Below the pieces are notes generated by a model. It saw only the letters and a list, made by a program, of their open reading frames with translations, made no database searches and was not told the DNA's origin. Made by a program: the position numbers and the translations under genes. A DNA stretch of 64,000 nucleotides from Kiritimatiellia bacterium (lineage in GTDB: Bacteria; Verrucomicrobiota; Kiritimatiellia; RFP12; UBA1067). How positions within the stretch are numbered: the stretch's first letter is position 1; each line of letters begins with the position of its first letter. Positions 19,046 through 29,252 of this stretch are shown here, piece by piece. The stretch covers positions 1 to 64,000 of the forward strand of contig JBMNFY010000002.1 of NCBI GenBank assembly GCA_050949565.1, read 5' to 3'.

Positions 19046-19882
19046 GTGATGCGGGTCAGCGGCGTGGCGATCACTGTGCTGGCGGACAACCGTTCCGCTT
19101 GCGGGCTTGAATCTGAACACGGGCTGTCATTCTGGGTCCAGACGGCAAACCGAACCCTGCTCTTTGACACCGGTCAGGGGGAGGCCATGCCGCGTAACGC
19201 AATGGCGCTGGGTATCGATATCGGGCGGGCCGATGCGATCATCCTGAGCCATGGACATTACGATCACACCGGAAACCTCTCGGTTGCGCTGGAACGAGCC
19301 GGTCGGGCCGAGTTGCTGTTGCATGCCGATGCGCTCCGGACGCGGTACAGTATCCATGCGTCACCGAAACCCATAGGGATGCCGCCAGCCGCGCGCGAGG
19401 CCGTGCGAGTTGCGGGTGATGCGCGCCGCCGGTGGGTCACGCAACCGGTTGAACTGGACGTGGGCGTTTGGCTTACGGGACCGGTACCGCGCGAGACGTC
19501 TTTTGAAAACACCGGCGGGCCGTTTTATTGGGATGCGGATGGACTGGAGCCGGATCCGATCTTGGATGACCTTTCTCTCTGTGTCCGCACGAATGCGGGA
19601 TGGGTGGTGTGCCTAGGATGTTGCCACGCCGGGGTTGTCAACACGCTCCAGCATATTTTACGGGAACTCGGAGGCACGAAGATCTTGGCGGTGATCGGCG
19701 GCATGCATCTTCGTCACGCGGATTCTGAAAGATTAGAGCGGACAGCCGCCGCGCTCGAGGAGTATGATATCCCCTATCTTTATCCGTGCCACTGCACCGG
19801 AGAGGCGGCGACGGCCTTTTGGCAAGAGCGCTTTCCGAAGGCGGTGCAGCCGGTTTTTGCGGGTTTGAAGATCAGTTTTTGA
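19046..19882 (+). CDS. MBL-fold metallo-hydrolase (COG1237-like)
   Basis: EHGLS, LFDTG, SHGHYDHTG, GCCHAG, GGMHL and PCHCTG. Confidence 0.9.
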   Translation: MMRVSGVAITVLADNRSACGLESEHGLSFWVQTANRTLLFDTGQGEAMPRNAMALGIDIGRADAIILSHGHYDHTGNLSVALERAGRAELLLHADALRTRYSIHASPKPIGMPPAAREAVRVAGDARRRWVTQPVELDVGVWLTGPVPRETSFENTGGPFYWDADGLEPDPILDDLSLCVRTNAGWVVCLGCCHAGVVNTLQHILRELGGTKILAVIGGMHLRHADSERLERTAAALEEYDIPYLYPCHCTGEAATAFWQERFPKAVQPVFAGLKISF

Positions 19883-20259
19883 TCCACAGATGACACAGAT
19901 TACGCAGATTTTTTGGAGCATGGCTCGGGTTTGGGGAACCACAGAGGCACAGAGGCACAGAGGTTTTGGGGGCATTGTTCGGTTTTTTGGAACCGCCAAG
20001 GCACCAAGAACGCCAAGGCGAGACCATGATTTTCATGAAGTTTCATGTTAGGAATTGGGCTCAAGTTCCTTCGCGGAGTACCGGGAGGGACGAGCGTCGC
20101 TCGTCCGCGAGCAAGCAGACGCTTGCCCCTCCCAGCGCTTCGCAAGTCCGATGACAAGAGTTGGAGGGCGGCAGCCGGGTGGCGCGCAAAAAGGAAAACT
20201 TTGTGGCCTTCGTGGCCTTTGTGTGAGATTGAATTGGTTGCGGGCTCTGCCCGCATTAG
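19883..20259. repeat. Dense mosaic of at least 7 repeat families
   Basis: cacagat 9-mers, cacagagg 8-mers, cgccaag 9-mers, ttcatgaagtttcatg, GGGAGGG REP, ctttgtggc 9-mers and ggttgcgggct..cccgcattag. Confidence 0.8.
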
Positions 20260-20277
20260 TGTTTGAAAGGATAAACG

Positions 20278-21186
20278 ATGCAAAACGAAAAAGAGAATAA
20301 GACGGACTGCTCACCCGAGCAGTGTGAAAGTTGTGCCGAGGCCTCCTGCGCCTCAAGATCGCATGCGGCTCCGCAACATTCTGCGTCCGTTCAGGACGAC
20401 ACCAGATTGAAGGCGCGTCTGAACCGTATCCGGCGCAAGATCATTGTGATGTCCGGCAAGGGCGGCGTGGGCAAGAGCACGGTGGCGGTGAATCTGGCGA
20501 TGTCGGCGATGCTCGCCGGGCAGCGCGTGGGATTGCTGGACGTAGACCTGCACGGCCCCAGCGTGCCGACCATGCTGGGACTGGTGGGGTGCCGCATGGA
20601 AGGCGGGGAAGAAGGCATGCTGCCGGTCGAGGTCGGCGGGCTCAAGGTGTTGTCGACTGGGTTCCTGCTGCAGAACGACGACGATCCCGTGATTTGGCGC
20701 GGCCCTATGAAAATGGGGGTGATCCGTCAGTTCATCGAAGATGTGGCGTGGGGCGATTTGGATCTGCTGGTGATCGACGTGCCGCCGGGCACCGGTGATG
20801 AGCCGCTTTCGATTTGCCAGCTCATCTCGGATTTGGAAGGCGCGGTGATCGTTACCACGCCGCAAAAGGTGGCGGCTGCCGACGTACGCAAATCGATCAA
20901 CTTCTGCAACGAGGTGGGCGTCAAGGTGCTCGGCGTGATCGAAAACATGAGCGGCTTTGCCTGCCCGAAATGCGGTGAGGTCACACCGATTCTGCGGGCG
21001 AACGGCGGACGCACGATGGCCGAAGAGATGGGCGTGCCGTTCCTGGGCTCGATACCGATCGATCCGTTGATCGCCGAGTCGGGCGATGACGGCAAGGCCT
21101 TTGTAGAGTCGGCGGCGAGTTCGCCTGCGGCCGGGGCGTTCCGTGAAATTGTGCGGGAACTGACGCTCGGTGAAAAGAGCGCGTGA
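20278..21186 (+). CDS. apbC: Mrp/ApbC/NBP35 Fe-S cluster carrier ATPase
   Basis: [31 protein letters not shown] and ENMS..CPKC; N-terminal Cys cluster. Confidence 0.93.
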   Translation: MQNEKENKTDCSPEQCESCAEASCASRSHAAPQHSASVQDDTRLKARLNRIRRKIIVMSGKGGVGKSTVAVNLAMSAMLAGQRVGLLDVDLHGPSVPTMLGLVGCRMEGGEEGMLPVEVGGLKVLSTGFLLQNDDDPVIWRGPMKMGVIRQFIEDVAWGDLDLLVIDVPPGTGDEPLSICQLISDLEGAVIVTTPQKVAAADVRKSINFCNEVGVKVLGVIENMSGFACPKCGEVTPILRANGGRTMAEEMGVPFLGSIPIDPLIAESGDDGKAFVESAASSPAAGAFREIVRELTLGEKSA

Positions 21187-21205
21187 ATGACGGATGAGGT
21201 CGAGC

Positions 21206-21664
21206 ATGAAGAGAGACGAAGCGATGGCCCTGTTTCGAGATGGCGCGAATTGCGCTCAAGCGGTCATGTGTCCCTTTGCGAAAGAGTGCGGCCTGGATTT
21301 TGAAAAGGCCATGATGCTGGCCTCGTCATTCGGTGGCGGCATGGGGCGGTTGCGGGAAGTCTGCGGCGCGGTGTCGGGTATGTTGATGGTCATCGGTCTC
21401 ACGGAGGGCTATAGCGACTTGACTTGCAAGGCGGAGAAGGATCAGCATTATGCGCTGGTGCAAGCGCTTGCTGCAACGTTTAAGGACAAGACCGGATCGC
21501 TCATCTGCCGTGAACTGCTGGGACTTCCCCCGGGAGCCGATGAGCCCGTCTCGGATGCGCGGACGGAAGCATACTACGAGAGTCGGCCCTGCACCGAGAT
21601 TGTCGGTCTGGCCGCGCAGATTTTGGAGGAGCACTTCCGGTCAAAGAAGGGAAACGAGAGTTAG
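21206..21664 (+). CDS. C_GCAxxG_C_C family putative redox protein
   Basis: NCAQAV, FGGGMG..EVCGAVSG, CRELL and C motifs; start 21194 or 21206. Confidence 0.88.
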   Translation: MKRDEAMALFRDGANCAQAVMCPFAKECGLDFEKAMMLASSFGGGMGRLREVCGAVSGMLMVIGLTEGYSDLTCKAEKDQHYALVQALAATFKDKTGSLICRELLGLPPGADEPVSDARTEAYYESRPCTEIVGLAAQILEEHFRSKKGNES

Positions 21665-22545
21665 GACATATTCCGCAGGATCACCTGAATCGAGCGCGGC
21701 GTGGCGTTGACCTCCCGGACGACGACGGGGCATTTCGCGAGGAAGAGGAAGGCGATCGGATGATCCTTGCGGTCGCTCAACGTCTCGAAATTCGCCTGTC
21801 CTTTCGCAATGACGAGATCGCTTGCGGCGAACGCCTCTGTGAATGTCTGGCCGCAGGTCTTCGGCACGACACCCGGCACGCCGTCGTCGTTCGAAACGAC
21901 CGCGCGCGCGAAATCGGGGCCGTATCCTGACTCTTCCAACTCTGCCGCAGTGATGTCGTTAAACGCGGGCTTGCCACGCACAGCAAGCGTCATCTTTTTG
22001 CGATACGGCTCAATCAACAGCCGGTCAAAGACAGCTTCGCCACAGTTGTCGAAGATCCAGAAGATGTTTTCCGCCGCGTCCATCTTCTCTTTCAGCTTCG
22101 CGACCGTTGCCGTATCAAGGGGTTTTGTGAACGCCTCGCGTATGGTCTCCATCGCGTCGGCCATGTCGAGATCGGCGTAGATCGCGAAGTCGAGAATGTT
22201 GCCCGCGACGGAGAGGCGGAGGCGACTCTCGAAGGAGTCGGGGTCCCAGCCGGGAATCTCATCCAACTTCGTCATCAACTTCAAGGCAAGTTCGGTTGAT
22301 ATTTTCTTTTCCGGTGCCCACGGATCTGGCACGGCGCCATCGCTCACCAGAAGCGCATGGTCGATAAGCTTCCGCGCATAGCAGGGTGGGGGCAACGGAT
22401 ACCCAGTCTCGGCCACCTCTGCTAGAATACGCATGCCGCCAGCGGCGATGCGCTGTTCAAGATCGGGATCGCCTTGTGCCGACTTCCGTGCGAGGTCAAT
22501 CGCATTGCGGGCAAGGCAAGGGAGGCATTCAATACAGGCTCTCAT
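21661..22545 (-). CDS. DUF89/ARMT1-like damage-control phosphatase
   Basis: ECLPC, AGNILDF, DNCGEAVFD, KGQANFETL and KC motifs. Confidence 0.88.
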   Translation of the reverse strand: MRACIECLPCLARNAIDLARKSAQGDPDLEQRIAAGGMRILAEVAETGYPLPPPCYARKLIDHALLVSDGAVPDPWAPEKKISTELALKLMTKLDEIPGWDPDSFESRLRLSVAGNILDFAIYADLDMADAMETIREAFTKPLDTATVAKLKEKMDAAENIFWIFDNCGEAVFDRLLIEPYRKKMTLAVRGKPAFNDITAAELEESGYGPDFARAVVSNDDGVPGVVPKTCGQTFTEAFAASDLVIAKGQANFETLSDRKDHPIAFLFLAKCPVVVREVNATPRSIQVILRNMS

Positions 22546-23507
22546 TGCTTGGCCTTTTTCGCGGCGTATTCGCGTTTGATCTTGTCCACGACTGCAATGA
22601 GTGTTTCAGGATAGTCCGTCGTGAAATGGTCGAAACCGAGATCCCAGAGCTTGAGGTGAACCTCCTTGTTCGTCCCCTCCGTCCACGTGACGACATTCAC
22701 GGAGACACCATGTTTGTGCATGAGTTCGATCGCGCGACGCATGAACGGCGTCGACGGGCAGAACGGATCATCGCGTTTGAGATCGGTGCGCACATGAATC
22801 TGCACCTGATCGATGCCATCAAATCCAGTCGCCGCCATTTCATCAAGACGCTGCTGGACGAAGGCTTCCGTCTTCGCCACATTCTCGGGGCTACTGTCCT
22901 TTGGGAAGTTCCCGAGCCACACCATCGAGCGGCCCTTTGGTGCGACCTTCCGCCACTCGACGACCTTCCGCCAGTTCGGTGAGCAATAATACGTCTGCTC
23001 GATCACGCCGAATTTTTCGGCAAGTTCTGCAATGAGCTTCGGAGGCGCGCCTTTCTCATCCACGTAAAGAAGCCGTTCGGGACGTCCCTTCATCGCGGCG
23101 AAGACACTCTCCATCGTAGCGATACGGACAGAGCTATACTCTTTCCCGAGGTAGGAGCCGACGTCGACGTCACGGATCTGTTCCCATGTGAGATCTTTGA
23201 TCGGCGTCGCCGCGAACTCCGGCGTGATACCGCGACCAAGCCGCTTGAGGTCGTTGTCATGAAACGCGATCACCATGCCGTCCTTCGTAAGGCGCGCATC
23301 GGCTTCTGGTGCCATACCGTGTCCCCAACTCCAGAGGAACGACTCCATTGAGTTGTCCGGGCGCGTCCGCACACCGCCGCCGCGGTGAACCTGACTGCGG
23401 TACAATCCCTCTTCGCGTGGAATCCATGCGGGCTTCGCCCACTGTCCGGCATCGGCCGCGCACAACATCGCCGCACATGCGGCTGCAAACACTAAGCTTC
23501 GTTGCAT
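22542..23507 (-). CDS. Exported glycerophosphodiester phosphodiesterase family protein
   Basis: Signal peptide; HRGG..PDNS, E.D..LTKDG..IAFHD and TTDYP; AAGGAG RBS. Confidence 0.85.
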   Translation of the reverse strand: MQRSLVFAAACAAMLCAADAGQWAKPAWIPREEGLYRSQVHRGGGVRTRPDNSMESFLWSWGHGMAPEADARLTKDGMVIAFHDNDLKRLGRGITPEFAATPIKDLTWEQIRDVDVGSYLGKEYSSVRIATMESVFAAMKGRPERLLYVDEKGAPPKLIAELAEKFGVIEQTYYCSPNWRKVVEWRKVAPKGRSMVWLGNFPKDSSPENVAKTEAFVQQRLDEMAATGFDGIDQVQIHVRTDLKRDDPFCPSTPFMRRAIELMHKHGVSVNVVTWTEGTNKEVHLKLWDLGFDHFTTDYPETLIAVVDKIKREYAAKKAKQ

Positions 23508-23595
23508 CTGTTTACTCCTTTCTTCTGTCTATACTGAAATTATAGGACATTGGGAAGGCGAATTTTGGCGTTCCAACCGTCGGACTACAATCCTC

Positions 23596-26274
23596 TTACA
23601 TTCCAATGTGGGACGGTCCTAGGAGACCGGAGGGACGCAAAGGGTCGCCGGCCTTGGGGCCTTCGATGGTCCATGTCGTGCGCTCGTTCTCCGGACGCGA
23701 CCGGTCGCGAATGATGCGGTTATGCCATGTGGATGTCACCGTGACGCGGATCTCGTTTGTCTCCTTGGTGAGATAGCGCCCGATGTCGCACACATACGGC
23801 GTACACCAGAGTGTTTCGACCCTCTCTCCATTCACCTCGATCTCCGCCCAGTCGCGCACCTTCCCAAGGGAAAGAATCGCACGCGCACCTTGTTCTGCCG
23901 GACCCTTCACGCGCGTCGTGTAGACCCGTTCTGTCGCATCGTCCGGATAATTCGCGCACGGCGTAAATGTAAGCGGCATGCCCGCCGTACTCCGATCGGT
24001 ATCGCGCCACGCGTCGCGTTTCCGCCCGGTCACTGGATCAAGCGTCTGGCGTACGCCATCCTTGACGGTAATGAAAACCGTTTCCTGATTCGGAAGGATG
24101 ACGAAGAAGATGTCCTCGTCGCCGTCTCGGCGCTGGTACCACTCTTTCGGACGTAGCCCGCCGAGTTTTTCAAGTTCGCTTGGCCAGTCCGGCTTCAGTT
24201 CGCCGCGCAAGATTCGCGCACCTTTCGCCGTGAGTTCGGCGAGGCGCTTCTCTGTGCGCGGTAGCAGGAATGTGCCTTCTGGAATCCACAGGACGCGATA
24301 GCTCATGCCGTCCGGCAGAACGAACCGTCCGTCTTTCACGTCCAGTCGCGTCGCCAGCGCATCCCATGTGCAGTAGTCGTACTTGTACCCTTCGGGGAAT
24401 GGCGCATTCTCGTCGGGACGGTACCCGACAGCGTCCCCGAGATACCACAGCACGTCTACGACGGGCTTGCCGCGTTCGAGCATCATCCCGCACCGTGCGA
24501 AATACGTCGTGAGATGCGGCATGAAGCGCCACCACGTCTGTCCGCGTAGGAACGGCGAGCCGATCCGCGCGCCGAAGGATGTGCCGGGCGGCAGGAAGTC
24601 CGCCCCTGTCTGCGGATGGTGCGTGTAGGTGTGGAAGACGAGATGCGTCACGCCACGCGCGAAATGTCGGTCGGCGACGCGCTTGAAGTCATCAAAGTTC
24701 TCGTCGAAGTCGAGTGAGAAACTGGTGAGCGCTTCGGCCTGCACGCGCCGCTTGCCATAGAGATGGGCACCCGAGACACAGGGGCGGACCGGCTTAAAAT
24801 TATCGCTCCCGACAAATCCCTTTGTGTTGTCGTGCGGACGCCAAAATTCGCACATCGGTCGGTCGGCGTACTTCCAGAAGCGTAGCGGGTCGCCGGGAAC
24901 GACATCTGCGAACGCCGTCTCAAACTGTACGTCGAGGCCGTGTTGACGCCCCGTCTCGGCGATGACCCGGTAGTAGTGCTCCTCGATCAGCGTTGAAATC
25001 GTCTCACGCCAATCACGCAGAAAGGCCTCCGCTTGCTTGTCTGATGCAGGCACGAAGCCAAAGAGCGCGGGCAGATTCGCGCGCAGGTCGTATCCGTTCA
25101 GCTTGCGGAAGTATTCTTCCATCCGTCCCGTCCACGTCGGGCAGCCGCACTCCCAGCTGTCGACGACCATGCCCTTGAGTTTACCGCCCGCGAGCGGTCC
25201 TTGCATGAGGCGACCGAGATAGTTGTCGAAGATGATCTTGAATCCTTCGGGGTCGAGCTTGTCGCACTCCCAGCCTGTCGCTTCGCGCGGTGCGGGACCG
25301 TTGCGGCGCTTCATATTCACATGCCCGAAGACCAGCGTTGCCTCGCCCGTGCCGCGCTCATAGGCCGCGTCAAGCGTGCCGTGCGCAGGCAACTCGCGAT
25401 AGCCCAGGCCCGCGCACGTCTCCCAGTTGTCGAGATGAGCGACGGACGAAAAGCGCACGTAGCGGAGATTCAGGTCGTGCGTGCGCGTGAACGTCAGTCG
25501 CCACTGCTTTGCCGTTGTCGCGGGAAACGCGAAAGAGATCGGCGCGGAGTCCTGCCAGCAGCCGCGAGGATACCGCCGGTCGAGGACGCGCTTCCATCCG
25601 TTCTCGCCCTCGGCCTCGAACACGAAGGACAATCCGGGCTCATACGCCCAAGGGTGATTGAGTTCTTGCGGTGCGGGGAGCGAGAGTGTGCGGAGCGTCA
25701 CCGCACGGGCAAACGTGTAGACGCGCACGTCACCGTTCGTGGTGACCGATTCAGGGACGGGGTCTGGCGTGCCCCATCCTGCGGGTGCCGGAAATGAGAC
25801 GGTGCCGATTTCACGGTAGTCGTCATCCGCATTGAATGCGGGCTTCTTTCCGGGCTCGAAGCAAACGAGCTTGCGCATCGCCTTCTCTGGCGGCACCCAA
25901 GGTCCGCCGCTCATGGACCAGCCGGGACAGTTCTGCATCTCGAACTTCAGGCCAAGACGTGCACATTCATCGGCGGCAAATCCGATGAGGTCATCCCATT
26001 TTTGGCTCAAGCATGGAATCTGCTCGTGCGTCCGCGGCCACGCCGTCGCCGCGCCGACCTGTCCGTGAAAGAGTTGGATGCCGCCGATTCCCGCTGTACG
26101 GATCGCCTCGAGATCTGCCGTAAGGCCCGGCTTCGAGACATTCCCGCCGATCAAGTGAAACCACGTCTGCGGCCAGGCGTCCTTCGGCGGTGTGGTGAAA
26201 TCGCCTCCTGCCTGTGCAGTAAGCGACGACAGAACAAAGAAGAAAACGGATAGAGGTTTTATTTTAACTCGCAT
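23596..26274 (-). CDS. GH106 alpha-L-rhamnosidase-like glycoside hydrolase
   Basis: Signal peptide MRVKIKPLSVFFFVLSSLTAQA; WFH..GNVSK.G.TADLEA, PGWS.SGGPWV, DSWE and PMCEFW motifs. The ORF-track extension to 27051 is a shadow of the opposite-strand gene. Confidence 0.85.
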   Translation of the reverse strand: MRVKIKPLSVFFFVLSSLTAQAGGDFTTPPKDAWPQTWFHLIGGNVSKPGLTADLEAIRTAGIGGIQLFHGQVGAATAWPRTHEQIPCLSQKWDDLIGFAADECARLGLKFEMQNCPGWSMSGGPWVPPEKAMRKLVCFEPGKKPAFNADDDYREIGTVSFPAPAGWGTPDPVPESVTTNGDVRVYTFARAVTLRTLSLPAPQELNHPWAYEPGLSFVFEAEGENGWKRVLDRRYPRGCWQDSAPISFAFPATTAKQWRLTFTRTHDLNLRYVRFSSVAHLDNWETCAGLGYRELPAHGTLDAAYERGTGEATLVFGHVNMKRRNGPAPREATGWECDKLDPEGFKIIFDNYLGRLMQGPLAGGKLKGMVVDSWECGCPTWTGRMEEYFRKLNGYDLRANLPALFGFVPASDKQAEAFLRDWRETISTLIEEHYYRVIAETGRQHGLDVQFETAFADVVPGDPLRFWKYADRPMCEFWRPHDNTKGFVGSDNFKPVRPCVSGAHLYGKRRVQAEALTSFSLDFDENFDDFKRVADRHFARGVTHLVFHTYTHHPQTGADFLPPGTSFGARIGSPFLRGQTWWRFMPHLTTYFARCGMMLERGKPVVDVLWYLGDAVGYRPDENAPFPEGYKYDYCTWDALATRLDVKDGRFVLPDGMSYRVLWIPEGTFLLPRTEKRLAELTAKGARILRGELKPDWPSELEKLGGLRPKEWYQRRDGDEDIFFVILPNQETVFITVKDGVRQTLDPVTGRKRDAWRDTDRSTAGMPLTFTPCANYPDDATERVYTTRVKGPAEQGARAILSLGKVRDWAEIEVNGERVETLWCTPYVCDIGRYLTKETNEIRVTVTSTWHNRIIRDRSRPENERTTWTIEGPKAGDPLRPSGLLGPSHIGM

Positions 26275-26359
26275 GCACGGATAATAACCGAAAGCAGTGG
26301 CGAGGGCTAGTGTTTTTGGGCTTGAACAGGGTGGCGCTTGAGGCGACAATGTACGCACT

Positions 26360-27382
26360 ATGAAACACTCTCTGTACACTTCTGTCGTGCGCGGTCTCGC
26401 GACCGCCGGGCTCCTCTGCGGAGCTGTCACCCTGTTCGCCGCTGACGCTTGCTGTGAAGCGGCTAAACCGTATGTCGGCCGCTGGGCGCTGACAATCCCT
26501 GGCGGCGGTGCCGGCTGGCTTGGCATCGAGCCGCAGGCGGACGGTACGCTCAAGGGATCGATCCTCTGGGGCGGTGGCAGCGTCGTGCCGACTGCTGAGA
26601 CCAAGGTCGAGAACGGCGCGCTGGTCGTCGTGCGCAAGCACAAGCGCAAGAAGGATGGCAAGGATGTGATCTTCACCGAAACCCTTACGGCCAAGCGCGA
26701 TGGCGATACGCTGGCTCTGACCACTCGTACAGTCAACGACGAGGGCAAAGAGGTCGGCAAGGCTGATTTTAGCGGCAAGAAAATCCCCGACCTGCCGCCG
26801 CGTCCCGATCTGTCGAAGCTTACGTTCGGTACGCCGGTCCGGCTGCTGAGCGGCAATGACCTGACGGGCTGGAAGGTGATGAACGCGAAGGCACCCAACT
26901 GCTGGAGCATGGCCGACGGTGTGCTCAGCAACCGTGTCAAAGGTCCTGACGGCAAAAACCGCCATGGCACCAATATCCGCACGGTCGCCGAGTTCGAAGA
27001 CTTCAACCTCAAAACCGAGGTGCGCGTTCCCAAAGGCGGCAACAGCGGCATCTACCTGCGCGGTATCTACGAGGTGCAGATCGCCGAGACGCACGGCCGT
27101 AACGTGGATTCGCACAACATGGGCGCGCTCTACAGCCGTATCACGCCCTCCGTCGCCGCCGAACGTCCGGCTGGCGAGTGGCAGACGCTGGACATTACGC
27201 TGGTCGACCGCCACCTGACGGTGATCCTCAACGGGACCACCATCATTGACAACCACCCCGTGCTCGGCTGTACCGGCGGCGCTATGACCTCCGACGAGTT
27301 CAAGCCCGGTCCCATCTATCTGCAGGGCGACCACACGGACGTCGACTACCGCAACATGATCCTGACGCCCATCAAGAAATAA
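26360..27382 (+). CDS. DUF1080 (3-keto-disaccharide hydrolase domain) exported protein
   Basis: Signal peptide; [18 protein letters not shown] and GPIYLQGDH. Confidence 0.9.
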   Translation: MKHSLYTSVVRGLATAGLLCGAVTLFAADACCEAAKPYVGRWALTIPGGGAGWLGIEPQADGTLKGSILWGGGSVVPTAETKVENGALVVVRKHKRKKDGKDVIFTETLTAKRDGDTLALTTRTVNDEGKEVGKADFSGKKIPDLPPRPDLSKLTFGTPVRLLSGNDLTGWKVMNAKAPNCWSMADGVLSNRVKGPDGKNRHGTNIRTVAEFEDFNLKTEVRVPKGGNSGIYLRGIYEVQIAETHGRNVDSHNMGALYSRITPSVAAERPAGEWQTLDITLVDRHLTVILNGTTIIDNHPVLGCTGGAMTSDEFKPGPIYLQGDHTDVDYRNMILTPIKK

Positions 27383-27384
27383 GC

Positions 27385-28101
27385 ATGAAGAAAAAGCCCG
27401 ATCATCTACGTACGGTTACATTCGAACGCCGTTTCACCCGCCATGCCGAGGGATCGGTGCTGATCAAACAGGGCGAGACATGGGTGCTTTGCACCGCCAG
27501 TGTGGAGGAGCGGGTGCCTCCCTTTCTGCGCGGCAGCGGGCGAGGGTGGGTCACCGCCGAATACAGCATGTTGCCGCGTAGCACGATTGAGCGCAAGGAG
27601 CGCGAGATCAAGCGCGGGAAGCCCGATGCGCGCGGTTCCGAGATCGCCCGTCTGATCGGCCGCGCGCTGCGCGCCGCCGTGGACATGCAGACGCTCGGCG
27701 AACGCACCATAACCATCGATTGCGATGTGTTACAAGCCGATGGCGGTACGCGCTGCGCCTCAATCACCGGCGGTATGGTCGCCCTCGCTGACGCCGTGGC
27801 ATGGATGCGGCGCGAAGGGCTGTTGACGGCCGACCCCATCAAGCAGTTTGTCGCGGCGGTCAGCGTCGGCATCTGCGACGGTGTGCCTGTACTTGATCTC
27901 GATTATGCGCACGACTCGACAGCCGATGTCGATCTGAATGTCGTGATGACCGCCGACGGACGTTTCGTCGAACTTCAAGGCACCGCCGAACAAGAACCAT
28001 TTACCGAAGAGGCTCTGGACACCCTGCGCGCTTTGGCGAAGAAAGGTATCCGTGCCCTGATCAAACGTCAGCGCCAGGCGCTGCTCGACAGCCCCCTTTG
28101 A
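27385..28101 (+). CDS. rph: Ribonuclease PH
   Basis: [38 protein letters not shown] and ELQGTAE. Confidence 0.97.
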   Translation: MKKKPDHLRTVTFERRFTRHAEGSVLIKQGETWVLCTASVEERVPPFLRGSGRGWVTAEYSMLPRSTIERKEREIKRGKPDARGSEIARLIGRALRAAVDMQTLGERTITIDCDVLQADGGTRCASITGGMVALADAVAWMRREGLLTADPIKQFVAAVSVGICDGVPVLDLDYAHDSTADVDLNVVMTADGRFVELQGTAEQEPFTEEALDTLRALAKKGIRALIKRQRQALLDSPL

Positions 28102-28105
28102 CCTT

Positions 28106-29083
28106 ATGATAAAAAAATCACTCATCACCGGCGGGGCCGGCTTCATCGGTTCCCATCTTGCGCGCCGTCTGCTGGAGGCGGGCCACGAAGTCACCGTCAT
28201 GGACAATCTCTTCACGGGGACAAAGGCCAACATCTATGACCTGATGGACAACCCGCGTTTCACCTTCATCCTGCACGATGTGACGCAGCCGTTCTGGGGC
28301 CAGTTCGACGAGGTCTACAACCTCGCCTGTCCGGCCTCGCCGATTCACTATCAGCGCAATCCGGTCGAGACCATCAAGACCTCGTTTCTTGGCATGATGA
28401 ACGTGCTGGAGCTCGCGCTCAAAACCAAGGCGCGCGTCTTTCACACTTCGACGTCGGAGATCTACGGCGATCCGCAAGTCCATCCGCAGCCCGAGAGCTA
28501 TTGGGGCAATGTCAACACCGTGGGTTTGCGGAGTTGCTACGATGAAGGCAAGCGCGCGGCTGAAACCCTGTGCGCCGATTATGCGCGCGAGTACAATGTT
28601 GATGTGCGCGTGATCCGCATCTTCAACACCTATGGGCCTCACATGCACCCGCAGGACGGCCGCGTGATCAGCAACTTCATCATGCAGGCGCTCAAGAATA
28701 AACCCATCACGCTCTATGGCACCGGCGAGCAGACGCGCAGCTTCCAGTATGTTGACGATCTGGTAAAGGCGATCCTGCTCTTCATGGCGCTGGACACCAA
28801 GAGGGTTAAGGACTTCTTCGCGCAGAAAGAGATGGGCCTGCCGGTACTCAACGTGGGCAATCCGGGCGAGTACACGATCAAGCAACTCGCGGAAGAGACC
28901 CTGCGCCAACTGCCCGAGAGCCGCAGTCAGATCATCTTTCAGCCGCTCCCCAAGGACGACCCCAAGCGCCGCAAACCAGACATCGCGCTCGCGCAAGAGT
29001 TGCTCGGCTGGACGCCTGAAATACCGTTGCGCGAAGGACTCGCGCACACGATCGACTACTTCCGCGGCGTCGCGCGGAAGTAG
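28106..29083 (+). CDS. UDP-glucuronic acid decarboxylase (UDP-xylose synthase) family SDR
   Basis: [36 protein letters not shown] and [10 protein letters not shown]. Confidence 0.93.
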   Translation: MIKKSLITGGAGFIGSHLARRLLEAGHEVTVMDNLFTGTKANIYDLMDNPRFTFILHDVTQPFWGQFDEVYNLACPASPIHYQRNPVETIKTSFLGMMNVLELALKTKARVFHTSTSEIYGDPQVHPQPESYWGNVNTVGLRSCYDEGKRAAETLCADYAREYNVDVRVIRIFNTYGPHMHPQDGRVISNFIMQALKNKPITLYGTGEQTRSFQYVDDLVKAILLFMALDTKRVKDFFAQKEMGLPVLNVGNPGEYTIKQLAEETLRQLPESRSQIIFQPLPKDDPKRRKPDIALAQELLGWTPEIPLREGLAHTIDYFRGVARK

Positions 29084-29199
29084 AGTTGGCAGTTAAAATT
29101 TAGGATTTAGGAGTTTTAGGGCGTTGGGCGTTTGCGCTCGGTCCTGTGGGCGGCGTTTACGCCGCCATCTTCGTGACAAGGACGCAAAACGCTCAACCC

Positions 29200-29243
29200 A
29201 AAAAACAAGGGCGGGGCAAGCAAGCGCTTGCCCCGCCCTGTTT
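29200..29243 (-). terminator. Rho-independent terminator hairpin (possibly bidirectional)
   Basis: 14-bp stem agggcggggcaagc/gcttgccccgccct; A-tract on the left (U-tract on the minus strand); lies between convergent genes. Confidence 0.75.
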
Positions 29244-29252
29244 GGTTATCGG

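Noticed and set aside
19883-20259. CRISPR array
   Set aside because: No constant 23-47-bp repeat with unique, equal-length spacers, and no cas genes.
26275-27334. N-terminal extension of GH106 to 27051 and the 356-aa minus-strand ORF
   Set aside because: Antisense shadows of the DUF1080 gene; the GH106 signal peptide starts at 26274.
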